A stretch of DNA of 64,000 nucleotides from Aquificaceae bacterium (lineage in GTDB: Bacteria; Aquificota; Aquificia; Aquificales; Aquificaceae). Where the stretch lies: contig JAXSNR010000002.1 in the NCBI GenBank assembly GCA_037925075.1, positions 288,001-352,000 on the forward strand. The letters run 5' to 3'. Positions 39,577 through 49,785 of this stretch are shown in pieces. Position numbers and translations under genes: made by a program. Position 1 is the first letter of the stretch, and each line of letters opens with the position of its first letter. The notes under the pieces are model-generated. The model had not been told where the DNA came from. It made no database searches and saw only the letters and a program-made list of their open reading frames with translations.

Positions 39577-40179
39577 ATGAAGTACGATGTGGTTATTGTT
39601 GGTGGGGGAGCGAGCGGTCTCTCTTGTGCTCTTACCTTGGCATCCGCAAGGGGAAGGGGTTGGCAGTGGGCGGAAGGAAGAAAATATCTTATCTTTGATA
39701 CGGATAATTCAGACCTAAAAAAGGCTTTTCTTAAGAACGTGCCAGGCTTATACCCTGTTAATGGTACAGAGCTTTTAAAAAAGATAAGAAAACAGATAGA
39801 AGAATGGGGAGGTGTGGATTTTCTTCAGGAGGAGGTGGTCAGGATAGAAAAAAAGGAGGGGTTTTTTGAGGTGGAAGGCTCAAGCGGTAGAGTTTTCTAT
39901 GCGGACTATGTGGTGCTTGCAGGGGGATTTCACTCCTTTAACATAAAGGGTCTTCAGGTGGAGCTTGTGGAAAACCCAAGGTCTCCAAAACCGGGTAGGG
40001 TTATGATATGGCATAAGGACTATGAGGTGGATAAAAACCTCTTTGTGGCGGGAACTCTTGCGGGTCTCTCTTCACACTTTACCTCTTGTGCTGGCTCTGG
40101 CGTTGAGGTTGCCATTGAAATACTCTCAAGGTTTGCAGGCAAGAGGATAGTCATACACGACGTGCCAGAAGAAGCTTGA
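39577..40179 (+). CDS. Short TrxB-like flavoprotein, FAD domain only
   Basis: DVVIVGGGASG, VVLAGG, FVAGT, C-terminal HD; no CxxC or NADPH domain; 200 aa. Confidence 0.8.
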   Translation: MKYDVVIVGGGASGLSCALTLASARGRGWQWAEGRKYLIFDTDNSDLKKAFLKNVPGLYPVNGTELLKKIRKQIEEWGGVDFLQEEVVRIEKKEGFFEVEGSSGRVFYADYVVLAGGFHSFNIKGLQVELVENPRSPKPGRVMIWHKDYEVDKNLFVAGTLAGLSSHFTSCAGSGVEVAIEILSRFAGKRIVIHDVPEEA

Positions 40180-41039
40180 GAAACCTCCTACCCTTTACCC
40201 TTACCCTTCTTTTCCTTGCCCTTCTTTTTTATTTTGTTCCCTTCGGTGAAATCCTTTTAAGCCTTAAAAGCGTCAAGCCCAAAGACTTTTTAATTGCTTT
40301 TATTCTTTATAGCCTTAGCCAGCTGATAAGGTCCATAAGGTGGAAGCCGCTTTTGAAAAACCTAAGCCTTTATCAGGTCTTTCTCATAAACTCCGCCAAC
40401 ATACTCCTTAACAACCTTTTGCCCGCAAGGACTGGTGAGCTTAGCTGGTTTTATTATGCAAAAAGGCTCGGAGTTAATCTAAGTGCCTCCCTTTGGTCCT
40501 TCCTTCTGGGAAGGCTCTATGACCTTCTTAGCCTTTTCTTTCTTCTTTTCTTGAGCCTTTCCACCCTTAGCTTATACGCTCTTTTGGCTTGTATTTTTTT
40601 GCTTTTCTTTTCCTTATACCTTAGGCTGGTGTATTTTCTTCTTCCTTCTGGGGGAAAGTTGGGAGAGCTTAGGGCTTTTATAAAGAGGGAATTAAGCTTT
40701 CCAATGTCCTTGTTTCTTTTCCTTCTTTCCTCCTTTTCTCATGGTCTTAAATTTATTGGGCTTCTTACTCTTTTGCCTTTTGACAGTATGGATATATACA
40801 AAAGCTTCCTTGCCTTTCTTGGGGGGGAGCTAAGCTCTGTGCTTCCAGTTCATAGTCTTATGGGCTTTGGCACCTACGAGCTTGCCTTTGGACTTCCTCT
40901 TAAACTCTTGGGTGAAAGCCTAAGGGAATGGGTGAAGCTGGGCTTTTTATTCCACAGTTTTCTTCTTTTCTCCTCTTTCCTGTGGGGTGTTCCCTCCCTT
41001 TTAATTCTTAGCAGGCAAAGGGCTAAAAAGCTGTTATAA
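40176..41039 (+). CDS. UPF0104 / lysylphosphatidylglycerol synthase TM-domain flippase-like protein
   Basis: RSIRW, NNLLPARTGE, RLYD, GFGTYE. Confidence 0.85.
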   Translation: MRNLLPFTLTLLFLALLFYFVPFGEILLSLKSVKPKDFLIAFILYSLSQLIRSIRWKPLLKNLSLYQVFLINSANILLNNLLPARTGELSWFYYAKRLGVNLSASLWSFLLGRLYDLLSLFFLLFLSLSTLSLYALLACIFLLFFSLYLRLVYFLLPSGGKLGELRAFIKRELSFPMSLFLFLLSSFSHGLKFIGLLTLLPFDSMDIYKSFLAFLGGELSSVLPVHSLMGFGTYELAFGLPLKLLGESLREWVKLGFLFHSFLLFSSFLWGVPSLLILSRQRAKKLL

Positions 41040-41047
41040 TGTTGAAC

Positions 41048-41605
41048 ATGGAAAAGAAAATCACCACACCTCTGACCGATGAGGTCCTTGAAAACCTCAG
41101 AGCTGGGGACAAGGTGCTCATCACAGGCTACATATACACCGCAAGAGATGCGGCACACAAGAGGATGGTAGAAGCCTTACACAGAGGTGAGCCTTTACCC
41201 ATTGATGTTAAGGGTCAGATAATCTACTATGTGGGACCCACACCTCCCAAACCCGGGCAGGTAATAGGTTCTGCGGGTCCTACCACCTCCATAAGGATGG
41301 ACAAGTATGTGGAATACCTCTTAAAGCTTGGCCTTAAGGGTATGATAGGAAAGGGCTACAGGTCTCCACAGGTGAGAGAGCTTCTTAAAAAATACAAGGC
41401 GGTTTATTTTGCGGCGGTGGGTGGAGTGGCGGTTTTACTTTCAAAATGTATAAAGTCTTCGGAGGTGGTTGCCTACGAAGACCTTGGCACAGAAGCCATA
41501 AGAAGGCTTTATGTGGAAGACTTTCCTGTTATAGTCGCCAACGACATATACGGTGGGGATGTGTTTGAAGAGGGGAGAAGGAAGTTTGCAAGGATAGACC
41601 TCTAA
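41048..41605 (+). CDS. Class I Fe-S fumarate hydratase beta subunit
   Basis: TARDAAHKR, GPTTSIRMD, MIGKG, DLGTEA. Confidence 0.92.
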   Translation: MEKKITTPLTDEVLENLRAGDKVLITGYIYTARDAAHKRMVEALHRGEPLPIDVKGQIIYYVGPTPPKPGQVIGSAGPTTSIRMDKYVEYLLKLGLKGMIGKGYRSPQVRELLKKYKAVYFAAVGGVAVLLSKCIKSSEVVAYEDLGTEAIRRLYVEDFPVIVANDIYGGDVFEEGRRKFARIDL

Positions 41606-42036
41606 TGTGGCAAGAGCTTATAGCCACAGGCTTTTATTTAGGAAGGTTCAAGTACGCACCCGGCACTGTGGGAACACTACTTGGTATTCCTTTGGCGTAC
41701 TTACTTGCTTACAAATGGTGGCTTACGCTTTTCTTGGGGCTTTTGCTTTACATAATTGCGGTTTGGTCTGCCGGCTATATGGTGGAGCTCACAAGGGAAA
41801 AGGACCCAGAAGAGGTGGTGATTGACGAAGTGGTAGGATATTTCCTTTCCTTTCTACTTGTAGAGCCAACTTTGAAAACCTTGGTGGTTGCCTTTATAAT
41901 CTTTAGGATATTGGACATAGTAAAGCCTTATCCCATAAAGCTTTTTGAAAGACTGCCAAAGGGTCATGGTGTGGTGGCGGACGATGCGGTCGCAGGTCTT
42001 ATGAATGCGGTCATATTGTATTTTCTCTTTAGCTAA
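41605..42036 (+). CDS. pgpA: Phosphatidylglycerophosphatase A
   Basis: APGTVGT, DPEEVVIDEVVG, FRILDIVKP, GVVADDAVAG. Confidence 0.95.
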   Translation: MWQELIATGFYLGRFKYAPGTVGTLLGIPLAYLLAYKWWLTLFLGLLLYIIAVWSAGYMVELTREKDPEEVVIDEVVGYFLSFLLVEPTLKTLVVAFIIFRILDIVKPYPIKLFERLPKGHGVVADDAVAGLMNAVILYFLFS

Positions 42037-42050
42037 AGATATTTTTCATT

Positions 42051-42923
42051 ATGGACCTATTTGAAAAATTCTTCTCTTCACTGCGTGATTACACGCTGGA
42101 TATCCTTCCCTATTTTATTGTTGCTGTTCTTATAACCTCCTTGCTTCAAGGTTTTACAAGCCTAAGCTGGCTAAGGGCTTTTCTTAAAAAGGGAAAGACC
42201 GCACCCGTATATACGGGCATTCTTGGTGGGCTTTTGCCCCTATGCTCCTGTTCCATGCTTCCTGTCGCAAACCTCATAAACAGTATGTCAAAAAGCTACG
42301 CACCGGTTCTTTCCTTTCTTATTGTGGCTCCTGTAGTATCTCCAATAACGCTTACACTTACCTATGGATATTTTGGAGCTTCCATGACCACCTTTAGACT
42401 TTTTGGTACCCTTTTCTTTGCCATAGCCTTTGCCTATTTGATGGACCTTTTTTTCAAAAAGCCGGGTAGCCTACCCCTTTCTCTGGGTGGTGCAAGCAAA
42501 AATGGGTGGAAGTCCTTTAGCATTTATCTCAAGGATAACCTTTTTGGAATAGGTAAATATCTTTTGCTGGGTATAGTGATCGCCTCTTTGATAAAAACCC
42601 TAATTCCTAAAGATCTTATAAAACCGATAGCTGGTAGTTTCCTTTCATATCCTTTGCTTTCCTTCATATCCGTTCCCATATATGTGTGTTCTGGTGAAGA
42701 GGTTCCTATAGCGAGAGCCATAAGAGATATAGGCTTTAGCTCGGGTGCTTCCCTTACCTTTATGCTTGGTGGCACAGGTATATGCCTGCCCACCATACTT
42801 GCATCTTTTAAGTTTTTACCCAAGGGCTTGGTTGTTGCCTATGCGGTTTTCTGGTTATTCTTTTCTACGATTATGGGTGTTGTTTATGATACACTCCTAT
42901 GGAAAATTTGGTATAATCCTTAA
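42051..42923 (+). CDS. DUF318/ArsP-family permease
   Basis: PLCSCSMLP, PIYVCSGEEVP; duplicated TM halves. Confidence 0.85.
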   Translation: MDLFEKFFSSLRDYTLDILPYFIVAVLITSLLQGFTSLSWLRAFLKKGKTAPVYTGILGGLLPLCSCSMLPVANLINSMSKSYAPVLSFLIVAPVVSPITLTLTYGYFGASMTTFRLFGTLFFAIAFAYLMDLFFKKPGSLPLSLGGASKNGWKSFSIYLKDNLFGIGKYLLLGIVIASLIKTLIPKDLIKPIAGSFLSYPLLSFISVPIYVCSGEEVPIARAIRDIGFSSGASLTFMLGGTGICLPTILASFKFLPKGLVVAYAVFWLFFSTIMGVVYDTLLWKIWYNP

Positions 42924-42936
42924 AAAGGAGGGAAAA

Positions 42937-43290
42937 ATGGATAGGTATACCCAAGTTTTACAAGAACTAATAAGAAACACAGGCCTTGAGGGGGCTTCCC
43001 TCGTGTCTGCGGATGGATTGCCCATAGCGTCTGTTCTCAAGCCTGGTATGGAAGAGGACCGGATAGCAGCCATGAGTGCTGCCATACTATCTTTGGGTGA
43101 GCGGGTTTCTGAAGAGCTTGCAAAGGGTCATCTGGAACAGATAACCATTAAAGGGCATGATGGTTATGTCATTCTTACTGGGGTGGGAAGGGATGCAGTT
43201 ATGGTGGTGCTTGCGGATAACAATGCCAAGCTTGGGCTACTTCTTATGGAAATAAAGAAGGCACAGGATAAACTGAAAGGAATGATATAA
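42937..43290 (+). CDS. Roadblock/LC7 (MglB-like) protein
   Basis: LVSADGLPIAS, RIAAMSAAILSLG, LGLL; SD AAGGAGG. Confidence 0.92.
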   Translation: MDRYTQVLQELIRNTGLEGASLVSADGLPIASVLKPGMEEDRIAAMSAAILSLGERVSEELAKGHLEQITIKGHDGYVILTGVGRDAVMVVLADNNAKLGLLLMEIKKAQDKLKGMI

Positions 43291-43296
43291 AAGGTT

Positions 43297-43989
43297 ATGG
43301 CTTTAACTGGGGACCTAAAGACCTTTAACTTTGTGGATATACTCCAGATAATAGCCAAGGACAGGAAGAGTGGAATACTCTTGGTAGAGTGGGAAGATAT
43401 AACAGTAGCTTATTATGTGAAGGATGGGGAGATAATATTCGCCCGCCCTGTGGATAGGGTTTTTAGGGTATATGCGGAAAGGGACTTTGACCTTCTTTTA
43501 GAAAAGCTTCGCATATCAAAGGAAAACCTTTCCAAGACTGTTCAAAGGTTTCTTCTTGAAAGGCTCAACATAAAGGAGGGGGTGTTTTCCTTCACACCGG
43601 GATTTGTTAGATATAATTCCACCTATTCGGTGGTTTATCCAGTTGAAGACATAATCATGATAGCATCTCGCAATCTTACTCCAGAAGAAGTGGAAAGAAA
43701 GATATCTGATGAGATGATGCTTTTTGAGCCTGCGGATGGTTCTGAAGAAAAGCTGAAAAGGGCAAACTTGACTCCAGAAGAACAAAAGGTGCTTTCTCTC
43801 GTGGACGGTGAGAGGACATTATACGATATAAGAAAAGATTCTGGGCTTGAAAGCCTCATAGTAGACAGAGCTCTGTATGGCTTTCTTGCCCTTGGGGTTA
43901 TAAAGAGGAAAAAGAGAGAAAAGAAACAAAAGCCATCTATAGCCATAGACCTCCTCATGAAGATAATAGAAAGGATAAGGGAGTTGTGA
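43297..43989 (+). CDS. DUF4388 (PATAN-like) domain protein
   Basis: MALTGDL..F.FVDILQ..KSG.L, GVFSF, VLSLVDGERT winged-helix-like C-terminus. Confidence 0.85.
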   Translation: MALTGDLKTFNFVDILQIIAKDRKSGILLVEWEDITVAYYVKDGEIIFARPVDRVFRVYAERDFDLLLEKLRISKENLSKTVQRFLLERLNIKEGVFSFTPGFVRYNSTYSVVYPVEDIIMIASRNLTPEEVERKISDEMMLFEPADGSEEKLKRANLTPEEQKVLSLVDGERTLYDIRKDSGLESLIVDRALYGFLALGVIKRKKREKKQKPSIAIDLLMKIIERIREL

Positions 43990-44537
43990 TGAAGGCTATA
44001 AAGAAGATTAAAATAGTAATCGCTGGACCATTTGCAGCTGGGAAGACACAGTTTATAAACACAGTTAGCGATATTAAAACGGTCAGAACAGAAAGAAGAA
44101 CTCAAGCTTTAGGAGAGAAAAGTGTAAAGGATTACACCACCGTCGCTATGGATTTTGGTAAGATTCGTATAGATGACGAGCACGAACTGTACCTTTTTGG
44201 TACACCCGGTCAATCAAGGTTTGACTTTATGTGGGAGATCTTGGGAGAAGGTGCTCTTGGAATAATAATACTGGTGGACACCACAGACCCTTCCACCTTT
44301 CATGAGGCAAGAAGGATAATAAACTTCTTCCAGTCTCGTTTCCCAGTTCCCATGGTGGTGGGTGCCAACAAGCAGGACCTACCAAACGCATGGCCTCCGG
44401 AAGATGTGGCTTCTGCCCTTGATATAAGTGAAGATGAGGGCATACCCGTACTTCCTCTTTCTGCACTTGACAAGGAGAGCGTCAAGACGGTACTACTTGC
44501 ACTGCTTGAAATAATAAAGCAAGAGCTATCCACTTAA
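43989..44537 (+). CDS. MglA-like small Ras-family GTPase
   Basis: GPFAAGKT, TTVAMDFG, GTPGQSRF, ANKQD, SAL. Confidence 0.92.
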   Translation: MKAIKKIKIVIAGPFAAGKTQFINTVSDIKTVRTERRTQALGEKSVKDYTTVAMDFGKIRIDDEHELYLFGTPGQSRFDFMWEILGEGALGIIILVDTTDPSTFHEARRIINFFQSRFPVPMVVGANKQDLPNAWPPEDVASALDISEDEGIPVLPLSALDKESVKTVLLALLEIIKQELST

Positions 44538-45556
44538 GGAAACACGGTAAGCTCCTTTAGCGTTAAAGCCTCTTCAAAGCCCATCATAAGGTTGAAGTTC
44601 TGCACCGCCTGCGAAGAGGCACCTTTACCTAAGTTGTCTATAACGCTTATAATCTCAAGGATGGAGGTATCTTTTTGATAGTTTAGGTACAACAGGCAAA
44701 GGTTTGTTCCAATCACATGCTTGATATGTGGGGGTTCCTCACAAAGGAGTACAAAGGGCTCTTCCCTGTAAGTTTCTCTGTACAGACTTACAAAGTCTAA
44801 CTCTTTGCACCTTGTGTAAACCTTTACCATCATTCCTCGCGCTATGGGGATCACCTGTGGTGTAAACCTTATCTTAAGACTACTTCCATAAACCTTTTGA
44901 AGTATGTATTCCATCTCTGGTGTATGTCTGTGCTTGTCTACGGAGTATGCAAAGGCATCTCCTTCCATCTCTGGGTAATGAAACTTCTGGCTTGTTTTCC
45001 TGCCCGCACCGGAGACTCCAGAAAGGGCATCAACTATGATAAAGTCCATTTGAACACCTTCTTTGAGAAGAGGATACAAAGCCAAAAGGGTCGCTGTAGG
45101 ATAGCATCCCGGGTTTGCTACAAGATGGGCATTTTTTATATCACTTCTAAATATCTCCGGTAGTCCATAAACCGCTTTTTCTAATAGTTCTGGATGCGTG
45201 TGTTCAAAACCGTAATAGTTTGGATATGCTGACGCATCATCTATTCTGTAAGCACCAGAAAGGTCTATAACCTTCTTGCCCTTTTTTAAAAGCTCTGGCA
45301 CAAGCTCTAAAGATGTCTCGTGGGGAAGGCAAAGAAAAGCAACATCAAAGTCCTCTTCTGGTTCAGTAGTAAGAATTAAAGAACCCAAAGGTGTTGACAA
45401 GAAAAAGGGAAAAACCTCAGAGAGCCTTTTACCTGCGTAAGATTGGGATGTTAAGGAAACTACCCTAACATGGTTATGTCTGTGAAGTATTCTTAGGAGT
45501 TCAACTCCCGTGTATCCTGTAGCACCAAATACGCATACCCTTATCTCTTGCTCCAT
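44534..45556 (-). CDS. argC: N-acetyl-gamma-glutamyl-phosphate reductase
   Basis: GATGYTG, ANPGCYPT, SGVSGAGR, DNLGKGA. Confidence 0.97.
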   Translation of the reverse strand: MEQEIRVCVFGATGYTGVELLRILHRHNHVRVVSLTSQSYAGKRLSEVFPFFLSTPLGSLILTTEPEEDFDVAFLCLPHETSLELVPELLKKGKKVIDLSGAYRIDDASAYPNYYGFEHTHPELLEKAVYGLPEIFRSDIKNAHLVANPGCYPTATLLALYPLLKEGVQMDFIIVDALSGVSGAGRKTSQKFHYPEMEGDAFAYSVDKHRHTPEMEYILQKVYGSSLKIRFTPQVIPIARGMMVKVYTRCKELDFVSLYRETYREEPFVLLCEEPPHIKHVIGTNLCLLYLNYQKDTSILEIISVIDNLGKGASSQAVQNFNLMMGFEEALTLKELTVFP

Positions 45557-45981
45557 CTGTACGCTTTTCTTGCCTTCATGAGACCGTATTTCTTCCTTTC
45601 CTTTTCCCTTGCGTCTCTCTTGAGAAGGCCCGCCTTCTTGAGGTTTGTTCTCAGGTCAGGGTTGTACTTTAAAAGAGCCTTTGCAATCCCGTACATTATA
45701 GCCTCAGCCTGACCACCAATACCTCCACCGTTTACTGTGGCATATATGCCAAACCTTCCATCAAGACCTACAAGTTTGAGAGGGTGCAAAACTTTGTGAT
45801 AAAGGGTTTCCCTTTGTAGGTAGTCCTTTAATGGGTATTCCTTTCCGCTTTCTTTGACTTTTACAATTTGTTTGTCCGTCCCTTTTACAAGCCACACCCT
45901 TGCCACGCTTTCCTTTCTTCTACCTGTGCCGTAAAAGGAGTTGTCAAAGCCTATTTTGAAATCCTTTAGCTTTAGACTCAT
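45541..45981 (-). CDS. rpsI: 30S ribosomal protein S9
   Basis: [28 protein letters not shown]. Confidence 0.98.
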   Translation of the reverse strand: MSLKLKDFKIGFDNSFYGTGRRKESVARVWLVKGTDKQIVKVKESGKEYPLKDYLQRETLYHKVLHPLKLVGLDGRFGIYATVNGGGIGGQAEAIMYGIAKALLKYNPDLRTNLKKAGLLKRDAREKERKKYGLMKARKAYRWSKR

Positions 45982-46412
45982 GCTTCAACCTCCAGCACTT
46001 TATGTTGTTGAGCTGTATGGGGATGACTAGAGCTTGTGTAGACCTTTAGCCTCTTTAACATTCTATGTCCCAGCCTGTTCTTTGGAAGCATCCTTTTGAC
46101 CGCAAGTCTTATAACTTCTTCGGGTTTGTTTTCAAGCATCCATGCAAGGCTTCTCTCCTTAAGACCGCCGGGATAGTTGCTATGGAAGTAGTATTTTTTC
46201 TGCTCACTTTTTTTACCAGTGGCCAATACCTTGTCTGCGTTCAGAACTATCACAAAGTCCCCACAATCTACATCTGGTTGGTAGTAAGGCTTGTGCTTCC
46301 CCATCAAAATCCTTGCTATCTGAGAAGCAAGCCTGCCCAAGACCTTCCCTTGAGCGTCCACAACCCACCAGCTTCTTATCACATCCTCTTTCCTAACATG
46401 GTAGGTCTTCAT
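45978..46412 (-). CDS. rplM: 50S ribosomal protein L13
   Basis: [28 protein letters not shown]. Confidence 0.98.
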   Translation of the reverse strand: MKTYHVRKEDVIRSWWVVDAQGKVLGRLASQIARILMGKHKPYYQPDVDCGDFVIVLNADKVLATGKKSEQKKYYFHSNYPGGLKERSLAWMLENKPEEVIRLAVKRMLPKNRLGHRMLKRLKVYTSSSHPHTAQQHKVLEVEA

Positions 46413-46460
46413 CCTTCTTCTCCTTTAAGGGCTTTTAAGAGTTATAAATTATAACACAAA

Positions 46461-46883
46461 TCACCTCTCCGCTTGCAACTTGTACCCACCTTCCATCCAA
46501 CCCTCCGGGTAATACCAATCCCTAAAAAACCTGTAGCCGAGGGCTTTTAGCTTTGAGCCAAGTCTTGTATTCTGTGGTTCTCTCCCTTCCTTTAACTCTC
46601 TCAGGGTATGAGCGTCCTCGTAGTATTCCACAAAAATCCTTCTAAAGTGTTTTGCAAGTATACCATAGAGATCATCCTCAAAAGGTGAGCCAAAAAACTC
46701 TGGGCTTATGTGGAAAAGCTCCACCCATTCTTTCCAGTAGGGTTTCCTGCCGTAGAAGGCTTTTATAAAAAGTAGCCTTTTTCCATATTTTCCTATGGTT
46801 ATGTTTTCCTCCTCTACGAACCTTCCCTCTTCAACCTTTAGAATTTCGAAGTGTCTGCGGAGTTCTTCCTTAAAAGCGACCAT
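46461..46883 (-). CDS. DUF1122 family protein
   Basis: FYGRKPYWKEWVE, FVEY, RDWYYPEGWMEGGYKLQA. Confidence 0.8.
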   Translation of the reverse strand: MVAFKEELRRHFEILKVEEGRFVEEENITIGKYGKRLLFIKAFYGRKPYWKEWVELFHISPEFFGSPFEDDLYGILAKHFRRIFVEYYEDAHTLRELKEGREPQNTRLGSKLKALGYRFFRDWYYPEGWMEGGYKLQAER

Positions 46884-46902
46884 GAATTATAATTATAGGA
46901 TT

Positions 46903-47268
46903 ATGCACCATCTAACTCCAAAGCAGATTGCGGAGCTAAGGGACGACCTTCTTAGGATGAGGGAGAGGATAATAAAGTATGCGGAAGAACAGATAAAGGA
47001 CCCATCAAACGTTTCCTTCGAAGGTGGTGATGAGATAGATAGGGCAAACATAGAAACAGGAAGGTACATTAACTTACAAAGAGTTAAGACAAGAGAACTG
47101 AAGCTACTGCGTAAAATAGATTATGCACTTATGAAGCTGGAACAAGGCACTTATGGCATATGTGAGAGCTGTGGAGCACCTATACCCTTTGAAAGACTTA
47201 AGGCGAGGCCGGTAACCACCATGTGTATAAACTGCAAAGAGCTTGAAGAGGAAAGGGAACATGAGTGA
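46903..47268 (+). CDS. dksA: RNA polymerase-binding protein DksA
   Basis: DEIDRA (DxxDxA), [21 protein letters not shown]. Confidence 0.92.
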   Translation: MHHLTPKQIAELRDDLLRMRERIIKYAEEQIKDPSNVSFEGGDEIDRANIETGRYINLQRVKTRELKLLRKIDYALMKLEQGTYGICESCGAPIPFERLKARPVTTMCINCKELEEEREHE

Positions 47269-48472
47269 AAGCTGGATGTTTCCAAGAGTGAGCAAGCTTC
47301 CCAAGTACGTTTTTGCTATGGTGAACGAGCTAAAGTACAAGCTAAGGCGAGAGGGAGAGGATATTGTGGACCTTGGTATGGGAAATCCAGACCTTCCTCC
47401 TGCGGATCATATAATGGAAAAGCTCTGCGAGGTAGCAAGAAGGGACAACGTGCATGGCTATTCTGCCTCAAAGGGTATTCCAAGGCTTAGAAAAGCCATA
47501 TGCGACTTTTATAGAAGAAGGTACGGAGTAGAGCTTGATCCAGAAAGAGAAGCCCTACTTACCATAGGGGCAAAGGAAGGCTACTCTCACCTTATGCTTG
47601 CCATGCTTGAGCCGGGCGATACAGTCCTCGTTTCCAACCCCACCTATCCCATACACTACTATGCCCCCATAATAGCCGGAGGTGATGCCATATCCGTTCC
47701 CATAATCCCCGACGAGGGAGAAGACTTTGAAGAAAGCTTTCTTAAAAAGGTTCATGATACGCTTAGAGCTTCCTTTAGAAAGCCAAAAGCCATAGTTCTT
47801 AGTTTTCCCCACAATCCTACCACTTTTTGTGTGAGCCTTGAATTTTTCAGAGAAATGGTAAAGTTGGCAAGAAGAGAAGAGGTGTGGATAGTTCATGACT
47901 TTGCCTATGCGGACCTTGGCTTTGATGGATATGAGCCTCCCAGCATATTGCAGGTAGAAGGTGCAAAGGGGGTGGCTGTGGAGCTATACTCCATGTCAAA
48001 GGGCTTTTCTATGGCAGGTTGGCGAGTAGCCTTTATGGTGGGCAACGAAGTGCTAATCAGAAACCTTGCACACCTTAAAAGCTACCTTGATTATGGAGTT
48101 TTCACTCCCATTCAGGTTGCCTCCATAATAGCCCTTGAAAGTCCCTATGAGATAGTGGAGAAAAACAGAGAAATATACAGAAAAAGAAGGGATGTGTTGG
48201 TGGAAGGGCTAAACCGTGTGGGATGGCATGTGGAAAAGCCTAAGGGAAGCATGTTTGTATGGGCAAAAATTCCTTCTTGGGTAGGTATGAACTCCTTGGA
48301 CTTTTCTCTCTTTCTTCTGAGAGAGGCAAAAGTGGCAGTTTCTCCGGGCATAGGCTTTGGTGAGTACGGAGAAGGTTATGTAAGGTTTGCCCTTGTGGAG
48401 AACGAACATAGAATAAGACAGGCGATAAGAGGTATAAAGAAGGCTTTTGAAAAGTTAGCACAAAGGGTATGA
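47261..48472 (+). CDS. Class I/II PLP aminotransferase (AlaC-like)
   Basis: [34 protein letters not shown]. Confidence 0.9.
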   Translation: MSESWMFPRVSKLPKYVFAMVNELKYKLRREGEDIVDLGMGNPDLPPADHIMEKLCEVARRDNVHGYSASKGIPRLRKAICDFYRRRYGVELDPEREALLTIGAKEGYSHLMLAMLEPGDTVLVSNPTYPIHYYAPIIAGGDAISVPIIPDEGEDFEESFLKKVHDTLRASFRKPKAIVLSFPHNPTTFCVSLEFFREMVKLARREEVWIVHDFAYADLGFDGYEPPSILQVEGAKGVAVELYSMSKGFSMAGWRVAFMVGNEVLIRNLAHLKSYLDYGVFTPIQVASIIALESPYEIVEKNREIYRKRRDVLVEGLNRVGWHVEKPKGSMFVWAKIPSWVGMNSLDFSLFLLREAKVAVSPGIGFGEYGEGYVRFALVENEHRIRQAIRGIKKAFEKLAQRV

Positions 48473-48780
48473 AAGCTAAAGCGGAGGATATAACACAAAA
48501 GGTTGTTGACCTTTTAAAACAGGATCTAAACCCTCAAAGGATAATTCTCTTTGGTTCAAGAGCAAAAGGCACAGCAAAGCCCTACTCAGACATTGACATA
48601 GCCATAGAGGGTGGAAAAGCCCTTGACCACAGAGAGAGGAGAAAGTTAAAGGAAAAGATTGAAGAAATCAGTGGTATATACACGGTGGATTTGATTTTTC
48701 TTGACCTTGTGGAAAAGGACTTTGCGGAGCTTGTTAAAAAAACGGGTAAGGTTCTGTATGAAAAGGGAAGAAGTTCTTAG
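48469..48780 (+). CDS. Minimal nucleotidyltransferase (MNT)
   Basis: [16 protein letters not shown] (GSx10DxD), VDL. Confidence 0.92.
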   Translation: MKAKAEDITQKVVDLLKQDLNPQRIILFGSRAKGTAKPYSDIDIAIEGGKALDHRERRKLKEKIEEISGIYTVDLIFLDLVEKDFAELVKKTGKVLYEKGRSS

Positions 48781-49147
48781 GTCTTATGAAAAGCTGAGTA
48801 AAGCCTTTGAAACTTTAAGGGAAGCTACAGAAAAGGCAAAAACTTCCCTTGAAATAGACGGTGCATTGCAAAGGTTTGAATACACCTTTGAAGTTTTTTG
48901 GAAATTTTTAAAAATTCTTTTGGAATATCATGGCTTTGAGTGTAAAAGCCCAAGAAGTTGTATAAAAATTGCCTTTAAAATAGGTTTCCTTGGAGATGAG
49001 GAGCAGTTTTTAGATATGCTTGAAGACAGAAATCTTACCTCTCACATATACGGCGAAGAAGAGAGTAGAAAAGTTTTTGAAAGGATAAAGAAGGTGTATG
49101 TTAAGGTTCTTGAAGAGTTTATAAGAAAAATAGAAAATTCCCTTTAA
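48758..49147 (+). CDS. HEPN domain protein (HI0074 family)
   Basis: DGALQRFE, SPR, RNLTSHIY (Rx4HxY). Confidence 0.92.
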   Translation: MKREEVLRSYEKLSKAFETLREATEKAKTSLEIDGALQRFEYTFEVFWKFLKILLEYHGFECKSPRSCIKIAFKIGFLGDEEQFLDMLEDRNLTSHIYGEEESRKVFERIKKVYVKVLEEFIRKIENSL

Positions 49148-49785
49148 GCCTTTGCCACAAAATAGGCATGTACCTCTTCCGTCCCCACGGACATAAGAAG
49201 GTAGGCAAGCCTTCCTATGGTTGAGCCTGTGGTAAGAAGGTCATCCACCACAAGCACCCTTTTGCCTTCAAGAAAATCCACAAGGTCTTCCTTTAACCTG
49301 TACCCCGAGATGGCCTTTTGCCTTTTTTCCGCCTTCAACATGGCAAGGGGTGGGCTAAGGTCTCTTCTCTGGAAAACCTGCATATAGGACACATCGGCAC
49401 CTTTTAGTATGTACTCCACATGATTAAAGCCCCTGTTCCACAACCTTCTTAGGTTCAAAGGAGGAAAGGTTATAAGGTCTGGCTTAAGCTCTTTTATGTA
49501 TTCCCATAGGTGTTCTTTGATAGTCATGCCAAGGTACAAAGCAAGGTTTTTGGAGTTTTTGAATTTTATGCTATGAATTACTTCCTTGAGAGCCCCTTCG
49601 TAGGTACCAAAAGCCCTGTAAGAAGCCACATACTCCAACCTTTTTGAGTAGTCCATGGGATGGTAGGGTTTTATGGATTCAAGGCACTTATTACACAAAA
49701 AGCCCTGAGAAGAACCCGTAAAGGCTTTTCCACAAGAGAGGCATTCTTCAGAGGATAAACCAAACCTCTGCAATAACCCTATCAC
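49144..49785 (-). CDS. comF: ComF family phosphoribosyltransferase-domain protein
   Basis: CLSC..CNKC Zn finger, RGFNH, VVDDLLTTGST. Confidence 0.92.
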   Translation of the reverse strand: MIGLLQRFGLSSEECLSCGKAFTGSSQGFLCNKCLESIKPYHPMDYSKRLEYVASYRAFGTYEGALKEVIHSIKFKNSKNLALYLGMTIKEHLWEYIKELKPDLITFPPLNLRRLWNRGFNHVEYILKGADVSYMQVFQRRDLSPPLAMLKAEKRQKAISGYRLKEDLVDFLEGKRVLVVDDLLTTGSTIGRLAYLLMSVGTEEVHAYFVAKA

